Positions 20,401 through 27,174 of a stretch of 27,174 nt of DNA are shown one piece after another. This DNA comes from Catajapyx aquilonaris. Lineage: Eukaryota. Within the stretch, counting starts at the first letter, position 1; each line of letters starts with the position of its first letter. The stretch is taken from NCBI GenBank assembly GCA_000934665.2, contig KZ538486.1, forward strand, positions 124,001 through 151,174, written 5' to 3'. The notes beneath the pieces are model-generated. The model was not told where the DNA came from. It worked only from the letters and a program-made list of their open reading frames with translations, and ran no database searches. A program made the translations under genes and the position numbers.

Positions 20401-23341
20401 ATTTTACAAGCTGATGATTCTACAATATATAATCAAATTGCTGAAGATGTTTCATGACTGAATCATTCAGTGATTGTTGAATCCTGCAGCATTGTTAAAT
20501 TAAGAGGAAGTTGCAATGATTTGGCCGTTGTGTCTTACCAAAGTGTCTGCTTGACTTTTGCAGGAGGGCCCTTTGCGACCCACTCCCTGAAGTTCGTCAA
20601 GCAGCTGCCAAAACATTTGATAGCCTGCATAACACTGTTGGCACCCGTGCTTTGGATGACATTCTTCCTGATATGCTTCAACAATTGGTAAGTGAATTCA
20701 TCACAATTTATGTGACATTATGGTAGTACGTTATTGCCTTCTCATGATTTGAGATGTATGGGCCCAGGGCAAAATTTTAAAATGTCCTTTACATTTGAAC
20801 TTCTCTTTTCAGAATGACCCTGAAATGGCAGAGTATGCCTTGGATGGCCTGCGCCAAGTGATGGCCATAAAGTCCCGTGTGGTCCTCCCATACCTGGTGC
20901 CCCAGTTGGTGGCACCTCCCTGCAACACACGAGCCCTGTCCATCCTGGCCTCAGTGGCAGGGGAGGCTCTGACCCGCCACCTTTCCAAGATCCTTCCTGC
21001 CCTCCTCTCGGCCCTCCAGAGGGCTCAGGGAACCCCCAGAGAAACGCAGGAGCTAGAGTATTGCCAGGCAGTGGTGCTGTCAGTGTCAGATGATCCTGGA
21101 GTACACACTGTCATGGATGAGCTACTGGAAGCGACCAAAACTGGACAGCGGTCAACAGAGACACGAAGGGCAGCTGTCACACTGCTGTGCGCCTTCTGCA
21201 GCAATGCAAAGGTGGACTACTCACAGTATGTGCCACAACTGCTCAGGGGCCTCCTGCATCTCTTCACCGATGAGGATCATGATGTTCTGCATATGAGCTG
21301 GGAGGCACTCAATGCAGTTACAAAGGTATTTGTTGTGTGCTATATTATGCTGTGCATTTAATGATGGAGTTATGTCATCTATCATTGTCTTACTTGAGGA
21401 ATTTAAATATTACCCCTGAAGATGCACACAGTTAAAATTCATTACAAACTAACACTGGAAAATTCATCGTCAGTGCCGAGTGGGTACAAATTACCAGCAC
21501 TGCAACCCTTACTTGATGAATGGATTTATGTTCATGCTCAAGACCTACATTGTCTACTCTATTTTCAGACCCTGGGCCCATTGGACCAGTCTGCAAGAGT
21601 TTCAGATGTTCGTCAGGCTGTTCGTTTTGCAGTGAGTGACCTCAAAGGGCAGGAACTCCTCCCTGGCTTCTGCCTGCCCAAGGGTATCACCCCAGTTCTG
21701 CCCATCTTCCGTGAGGCCATCCTGAACGGAGCCCCAGAGGTCAAAGAGCAAGCAGCGCAGGGCCTTGGAGAAGTAATACGAGTCACCTCAGCTGATGCTC
21801 TGAAGCCATCTGTGGTTAACATCACTGGACCCCTCATTCGCATCCTTGGAGACAGATTCAGCTGGAATGTTAAAGTGGCTGTGCTGGAGACCTTGGCACT
21901 GCTGCTGTCCAAAGTTGGTGCTATGCTGAAGCCATTCCTGCCACAGCTTCAGACCACCTTTTTGAAGTCACTCAATGACCCAAATCGACAGGTGTGATAC
22001 ATCTTGTTTGTTGCAAGTGGTTGTATCTGGTTGGGGAAATGTTTCTGGTAGAATGTAAACATTATTGGTTATTGCCTATGAGATGTTGCATGGAATTTAA
22101 ATCTAAATTACCAACCGCAAAGGTGTTCTAATTAATCCACATGCGAAAACGTGATTGTGTGCAAGTCCTTAAAGTGAATTCTTCACCCGTCAGGTGCGCT
22201 TGAAGGCTGCAGGAGCTTTAGGCCATCTGGCTGGAATCCACACCCGAGCTGACCCACTCTTCACCGAACTGCACTCAGGAGTTCGTGGTTCTGATGAGAC
22301 ATCAATCCGTGATACAATGCTGCAGGCCCTACGGGGCGTTCTCCTGGCTGCAGGGGATAAAATGGGTGACAGCATCCGACGCTCAATACTGCAGACTCTA
22401 TTGGGGATGCTGGGCATGTCTGATGATACTACCCGCTCTTCTGCTGCTGGATGTGTAGGCGCCCTGTGCAAGTGGCTGCCTGAAGATGAGCTGGATGTAA
22501 TAGTGACTGACAACATGCTTGATGATGACTTGACCCTGGACTGGACCCTACGTCATGGGAGGAGTGCTGTCCTGTTTGTGGCAATCAAGGAAGCTGGTGG
22601 GAGGGTGTACAGACCAGAGTGGCAGGGGAAGGTTCATCGGGTCTTGCTGACCTACCTGGCGGCTGACCGAGTCCCCATTGCTCTCAATGGGGTGAGGGGG
22701 TGTGGCTACCTCTTCCGACATGTGGAGGATAATGGTCTGCCATACCCAACACAACTAGTGCAGCCATTTGCACGGGTTTGTTCCTTTCCATTCTGTGCTG
22801 CTCGAGGTTGCTCATTTTGGTTTGTGTCTGAACAAATGTGCATAGTGAATACTACTACATTTACATGACGAACAATGATGTATGCCCCACTTGTAACCTA
22901 TTATTGAACCCTTGCAGACTATGAACCACGCAAGCAATGAGGCGAAGCAAGTCTTGGCCCAAGTGGCCACCTACTTGGCGAAGCATGTTCCTCGAATGCT
23001 CCGCCCAGAGCTTCTGAAGCCCCTCATCCCCATGCTTGTCAATGGAACCAAGGAAAAGAACAGCATGGTCAAAGCCAACAGCGAGTTTGCGCTCGTAGCT
23101 GTCCTCAGGCTTCATCATGGAGAGGAAACACAACAGGTCAGAAAATGCTGTCTGCACATCATTAAAATCAATTGTGTGTGCATGCTCGACTAACTTTAAT
23201 TTAAATTTGCAGAGTTGCTTGGAACTTCTGGATTTAGGGGCACGTGATTCTCTGAGTGACGTCCTGAGTAAGGTATTGCGCAAGGTGGCCTACCAGCCCG
23301 AGGGGAAGGAAGACGAGATCGATGACACCTTACTCACCTGA
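8437..23341 (+). CDS. GCN1: eIF2-alpha kinase activator GCN1 (HEAT-repeat stalled-ribosome sensor), ~2686 aa
   Basis: 23 exons: 8437..8454, 8576..8681, 10213..10408, 10479..10824, 10991..11243, 13220..13498, 13587..13684, 13746..13901, 14283..14448, 14587..15009, 15451..15575, 15639..16031, 16322..16520, 16688..17265, 17395..19113, 19183..19378, 19502..20321, 20564..20687, 20813..21325, 21569..21991, 22194..22775, 22918..23136, 23213..23341 (8061 nt, GT-AG, phases consistent). Characteristic GCN1 segments: NIKRESKAYSYKEQ, GERKGAAYGLAG, KLSAHGVKLVLPSLL, APKQLSSCLPSIVP, FVHFIDAPSLALIMP, LFDDNWRIRYSSVQLLGDLL, ITGPLIRILGDRF, LVNGTKEKNS. Confidence 0.96.
8929..9015. mobile_element. Miniature hAT-like MITE (87 bp), related to the outer element at 1176..1873 in inverted orientation
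   Basis: Termini CAGCGACGGATTTAC and GTAAATCCAGCACTG (rc CAGTGCTGGATTTAC). The rc of the element begins CAGTGCTGGATTTACTCCCCCTGCCGCCC, similar to TAGCGCTGGATTTACACCCCTCCTGCCCC at 1176. No TSD recognisable. Confidence 0.55.
9172..9431 (+). mobile_element. tRNA-derived SINE with V/Meta-domain-like core, 3' hairpin and (ATT)n tail
   Basis: A box TGGCGGAGTGG (9183..9193), B box GAGTTCGATCC (9233..9243), core GTTCTCTCCGTGTTCGCGTGGGTTTTCTCGGGGTTCTTTCCTCCCGCA (from 9279), hairpin CCCC-TAA-GAGGCC...GGCCT-ATTAT-GGGG (~9382..9414), then ATTATTATTAT. Confidence 0.75.
9780..9853. mobile_element. Decayed terminal fragment of a Tc1/mariner(pogo)-type MITE
   Basis: Repeated (G)ATTATCC/GGATTATC sub-terminal motifs ending ...GGAGTACAGTG-TA, resembling the ends of the element at 12165..13112. 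A possible left end TA-CAGTAG lies near 9717..9725. Confidence 0.35.
11324..11729. mobile_element. ~400-bp palindromic (foldback/MITE-like) element in GCN1 intron 5
   Basis: TTTGGTTGTATTATAATCA at 11324 is the exact rc of TGATTATAATACAACCAAA ending 11729. The inner pair CAGAGCGC...TCGACATTAGGT / ACCTAATGTCGA...GCGCTCTG continues the symmetry toward a centre near 11520. Confidence 0.65.
12165..13112. mobile_element. Tigger/pogo-like MITE (outer element)
   Basis: TA|CAGTAGAACCCTGATTA at left; the right end GGATAAACGGGGTTCTACTG (rc CAGTAGAACCCCGTTTATCC) is followed by TT (decayed TA TSD). Sub-terminal GGATAA/GATAA repeats at 13060..13098. Confidence 0.7.
12297..12901 (-). mobile_element. Internally deleted Tigger/pogo DNA transposon retaining a transposase C-terminal fragment, nested in the outer MITE
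   Basis: TA|CAGGTAAAATCTCGTT...AACGAGATTTTACTG|TA (TA TSD on both sides). Minus-strand ORF 12311..12646 (WSSITPSTIGKCWGKS...VTFHNFVAADDDV...ELTDLDI) resembles the post-DDE 'W..v...TI..CW.K' and acidic 'F..FV..DD....LTD.DI' segments of Tigger/TIGD transposases. Confidence 0.75.
13912..14156 (+). ncRNA. Candidate intronic box H/ACA RNA (long form) in GCN1 intron 8
   Basis: Hairpin (GGAC/GTCC, TTCCC/GGGAA), then H box AGATAA 13974..13979, then a long hairpin (GCTGG/CCAGT, GTCG/CGAC, TTGACTT/AAGTCAA, TGGCT/AGCCA, TGCCTA/TGGGCA), then ACA 14151..14153. Paired by eye only. Confidence 0.4.
21351..21428 (+). ncRNA. Candidate intronic box C/D snoRNA in GCN1 intron 19
   Basis: Terminal stem TGTGCATTT/AGATGCACA (9 bp, one U-G), C box ATGATGG 21361..21367, D box CTGA 21416..21419, C'-like TGAGGA 21395..21400; about 78 nt. 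Confidence 0.5.
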
Positions 23342-23626
23342 TGTACCACCACCAGGCAGCAGCTCCTCCCACTGGGGTGGTCCTGCCTACTAGGAACAAG
23401 ACACTTGTTCTGTGTCCACTGGATTAGTGTCGTTAGTGATAAATGTTTTCCCACGTCCGTCTGTGGGCACTTTGGGAACATCCCTAGACTTGGATGCTCC
23501 CAAAGTGCCCATGAGCTAAGTGTGACCATGGATAGGAGGTTGGGAAAAGTGCAGGTTTTTTGTTTTAAAGGTTTCTATCAGTTTTCCTTACCACTCATGA
23601 GGTTTGTAAGCAATTTGGAAGGATCA

Positions 23627-23632
23627 AATAAA
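23627..23632 (+). terminator. AATAAA polyadenylation signal of GCN1
   Basis: First AATAAA seen downstream of the GCN1 stop, followed by TG/T-rich sequence. Confidence 0.55.
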
Positions 23633-23803
23633 ATGTTTGTGTGTAGAGTGTATATTTTATTATGGAAAAGAAGGGATGTTTACAATGAAATGATTCATCA
23701 CACTGTTGGTAAAAGTATACCGATCTGCACTTTCAAAAATTTTGAAAAAACTACAAAAGTACGTGACAGATACTGGCACAACCCATGTGGCCATATTGTT
23801 CAC

Positions 23804-23809
23804 TTTATT
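23804..23809 (-). terminator. AATAAA polyadenylation signal of PRP19 (alternative at 23656..23661)
   Basis: TTTATT on the + strand, ~335 nt downstream of the PRP19 stop in minus orientation. Confidence 0.5.
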
Positions 23810-24142
23810 TGTCATCATCTATAGTTTCTTCTAATAACGTGAATCCTGACTTTCATGTTTGGGTTTTAAAATGAAGTTCCATGTTCTGTCACTACAAGAA
23901 AGCTCAATGCCGAGCCTGTGGACACTTAAGCAAATCAAGAGGTCATGGCCTCTGGATGTAAGCCACATGCTGTACATGGTGGAGGGGAATACACCACAAA
24001 TGAAAATAGTGTATAATATAATAATAGTAGTGATTAATGGGAAGAGAGTTGCAATACTCTCGTCCTGCTTCAAGAGTGCTTCTCCACTAGCACATTCCAA
24101 TAGAAAGAACTGACCAAGAGGACCAAGATGCTGTAATCCCAA

Positions 24143-26208
24143 TTACAATCCATAAATCTTAAGGGTACGATCCATGCTGGTTGAGGCGATGAACTGTGCG
24201 TGGCGTCCAAAGCGCACTCCAGTGGCCATGGCTGTGTGGTCGTTGAACACTTTCAGTTCTTGCCACTGCTTGCACAAGTATACCCTGCAAGACAAAAGCA
24301 CGTAATTAATTCCAGGCGAATTGTCTTCATAATTATGCCAACATTTTGTAGATGCAAGTAACTGTACCTGACATCTGACCCTGCCACAGCAAGATATGTT
24401 CCACTCTGGTCAAAACACAATTCCCTAATCTCGTAGCCCTCATCCAGCTGGATTGTCTTGAAGTTCTTCAACTTGCGCAAATCCCACAGTTTCACGCTGG
24501 CATCATCCGCAGCAGTAGCCAGGTAGTACCCATTCTCCGAGAAGGAAATGGCCGTCACTGGACCCAAGTGTCCAGGGAAGTTGGCAACGTTCGACTGTTC
24601 CTTCAGATCCCAAATCTTCACCTGGAAAGACGAGTTGGGACAGGCGTTAGTCTCATTTTGAAAATCAATGAAACACTGTCTCACCTGTGAGTCGGATGTC
24701 CCTGTTCCAAAGATGAGTCCATCTGGATGGAACTGTGCAGTAGTGAGGGCGACCCCCATGGAATCGGCCACCTTTGTCAGCATCCGTCCAGTGCGCAGGT
24801 CAGAGAAGGCCCAGTGCTCATCTTGTGCGCAAGAGAGCAGGTAGTCCCCTGTCGGATGGAGGGATAGCCCAGTAACTGCAGAGTCATGATTGCGCAGGAG
24901 CTGCACTGTTTGGGAGGTGGGCACATTCCAAACGCGGATGGTCGAGTCGGGGGAGGCTGTGATGACAGTGTCCTCCTCTGGATGGTACACCACGCGGGTG
25001 ACCTTCTTCGTGTGGCCCTTCAGAATGGCCACAACCTGCTCTGTGTCCTTGTTGAAAACTGTGGCATTGCGATCATTTCCACCTGTCAAGATCTTGCTTG
25101 TATCAGCCGTGTGCACATCCAAGGACAAGATACCTGGGACACTGGCACTATGCAAACCCTGCAAATATGAAGAAATTATAACCAATGCAAAATCAGTTAA
25201 GTGAAAAGGACTCACGGGATGAGATGCAAGTGTGTGGTACGATCTGAGAGTATCCTGTGAGACAAGATCCTCTGGAACAGTCTTGCCCCGCCTCTTCCTC
25301 TCCTGGGTGAGGACAGCTGCTTTGTCCTGCAGCTTCTGGACCACTTCTGGGGTAAGCCCGGCCTGCTCTGCTGGCTGAGCAGCCACCCCTCCTGCCTCCT
25401 GAGCAAGTGCAGGCTGTGGAATTCCTGCTGGGTTATGGGTGATGCCTGCCTGGGGCTTCAGCGTTGCCAAGGCTTCACGGGCGGCCATCACCTCCTTTGT
25501 CAGACGGGCTATCACGCGGCAGGCTGCATCATGTTGGTACAGGGCATGGCTGCAAAACAAACAACGTTAAGTAGGTTGACATCGCTACCAGCATGATCAC
25601 GTACCTGAGTTCCTGCCTGGCTGTTTGTAACTGCTGCCGGAGAGTGAAACTGTGAAGCATTACCGCATCCCATTCATCCTGAAGCGACTTCAGAATGGCT
25701 GGGATACTTGTTGCAGATGGTGGCTTGGGCTTCACCAGCGGTGTTGCTGTAAAAAGATTTTTTATCCACCTTCAGCATGCTTCCCATTACTACAAACGTA
25801 ATGAAGTGCAAACGCACAAACTCCTTACTCTTAATCTCGATGAGCTGGTCTGCGCTGAGCTCCTTCCCGGTGAGTGGATCAACCCCATTCTCCGAGATGT
25901 ACTTCTCGATCAGTCTCTTTTCAAACACGGCACCAGACAACGGTGACACCACTGGGTGCTCCGGAACCTCGCTTGAAACTGATATGCAAATAAAATCATC
26001 AATTAGCAGCAGGCCTATCAGGTCAGGGCGGTCCACATCAAATCAAGAGTAAATTAACAGTGAGCATGACACTTCCCAACACGCAAATGATACATCAAAA
26101 TGTGCGTGAGTCTCCACTGGTCCTTTTCCACGCAATTTCGGTGCGTCTGGATTGGAAATGAATGTACGGGAATGGGGAAGAGTACTTACTAGCACAGCAC
26201 AACGCCAT
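24143..26208 (-). CDS. PRPF19: Pre-mRNA-processing factor 19 (U-box E3 ligase, coiled coil, WD40), 504 aa
   Basis: Minus-strand exons 26208..26190, 25978..25829, 25746..25605, 25549..25216, 25158..24685, 24621..24368, 24284..24143 (1515 nt). Translation [34 protein letters not shown] (U-box), [53 protein letters not shown] (Prp19 coiled coil), WD40 repeats ([33 protein letters not shown]), ending [11 protein letters not shown]. Confidence 0.97.
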
Positions 26209-26605
26209 TTTTCACATGTATTTCCCAAACGGTCAAGGATCCTCGCCTGAGAAACGCCGGCAAAAGACGCGTCCTCGCTCTCGGTGAAGCTTGGCCACCC
26301 TCGTCTGCAGGTGGCAGCAGGAGCAACAATGCAGGATGGCCAGGTTCAGTGCTGCACAATGACAATACATGCTAAATTTATGATAAGAAGCATTTAGTCA
26401 GCTGCAATTAGCTGTTATTAATTTCATTTGCCGCCACATTCTCCATGCCGGGACCTTCTGTCAGTGTGTCCCATTGACCCGGCAACAGCGACGGTCATCT
26501 TGGTTCCTTTTTGCGTCTGACGTCCTTCCCCCGGTTGTCTCCCGCGCTTTTGACGTCTTCTCCCTGCGAAGGTGACGTCGCTGTCGTCCGTGGTGTTGAA
26601 GAAAG
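26209..26605. promoter_or_regulatory. Putative bidirectional promoter between PRP19 (-) and an unidentified + strand gene
   Basis: Two CpG-rich blocks (~26230..26310 and ~26440..26630) flank a short AT-rich core. TGACGTC CRE-like motifs occur at ~26518, 26551 and 26574. Confidence 0.4.
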
Positions 26606-27140
26606 ATGAGCGGGGATGAACCGTCGTCGTCGTGTGGCAGGGAGAGGAAGAAGAAGGAGGAGAAGGAGAGGGTGAACCCTGTCCTGCTGATTGCCGGCTC
26701 CGTGGCCAGGGTCATCGGGGAGAGTCAAAACCAGGAGTTCAGGACGCTCTGTCTGCAGGTCTGGAACAGGAGGTCATCCCCATCCCCATGGGGCTGCAGC
26801 GCCACGGGAAGGGCTCCCTCACCCTCACTTTTGGGAATCTCATAATATGAATTATAATCATTTTTCACTTTATTCTGATGCTGGTGAAAGAAATTTTTAA
26901 AAACAAAATGACAGCTGTTCACAAAACATTTTCTTTCACTTTCGCAAATCTAACCTAATCACATGTGACACTGCCCCCAGCTCCATTTGCATCAGGGTGG
27001 TCGTCATAATAGTAATCCATTGGGGTGAACTGTTGTTGCAGGCCTTGGGAGTGGATAACCCTGCCTATGCAGAGCAGGCTCTGATCGTTCACATTGAGGA
27101 TGTCATCCAGAAGGTAGACAGTGCCAAGACAAAGAGAAAG
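26606..27140 (+). CDS. Possible first two exons of an unidentified protein-coding gene (runs off the window)
   Basis: ATG 26606 in AAGATGA context (MSGDEPSSSCGRERKKKEEKER...) with phase-0 donors possible after 26671 or 26758. A 99-nt phase-0 exon 27042..27140 is bounded by TTGTTGCAG and AAG|GTGAGC (ALGVDNPAYAEQALIVHIEDVIQKVDSAKTKRK). No family recognised. Confidence 0.4.
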
Positions 27141-27174
27141 GTGAGCAGATGATGGCACAGCTGGTAGTGCTGGG

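Noticed and set aside
17369..22754. Many 60-150-aa antisense or alternative-frame ORFs over GCN1 (also over PRP19 and Hrs)
   Set aside because: Shadow ORFs of long coding exons with no recognisable motifs or independent splice structure.
26950..26958. CTAACCTAA, resembling a template for the arthropod TTAGG telomere repeat
   Set aside because: A 9-nt match is expected by chance, it may be a branch-point sequence of the putative intron, and no supporting structure or snRNA-type promoter was seen.
1..27174. Functional cluster or novel protein system linking DDX52, Hrs, GCN1 and PRP19
   Set aside because: All four are well-known unrelated housekeeping genes with separate promoters and poly(A) signals; adjacency alone is not evidence of a shared system, and no prokaryote-type systems are present.

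Overview
Eukaryotic (arthropod, most likely insect) gene-dense genomic DNA with short GT-AG introns. Manual splicing gives: the 3' part of DDX52/ROK1 DEAD-box helicase (+, 1..2282); a complete Hrs/HGS ESCRT-0 gene (+, 3590..7297, 14 coding exons, ~664 aa); a complete GCN1 (+, 8437..23341, 23 exons, ~2686 aa); a complete PRP19/PRPF19 (-, 24143..26208, 7 exons, 504 aa), convergent with GCN1; and possibly the start of an unidentified gene divergent from PRP19. The largest introns hold non-autonomous transposons: a Kolobok/T2-like MITE nested in a hAT-like MITE, a Tigger transposase relic nested in a Tigger-like MITE, a ~400-bp palindrome, and a tRNA-derived SINE with a V/Meta-like core. The least-explained signal is a set of mid-sized introns of GCN1 and Hrs carrying long sense-strand fold-backs, several rich in G-U pairs. 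They include a box C/D snoRNA candidate with canonical k-turn geometry, a ~245-nt H/ACA-like candidate, and hairpins that bury strong cryptic 5' splice sites. All structures were paired by eye; no database search or folding computation was run.
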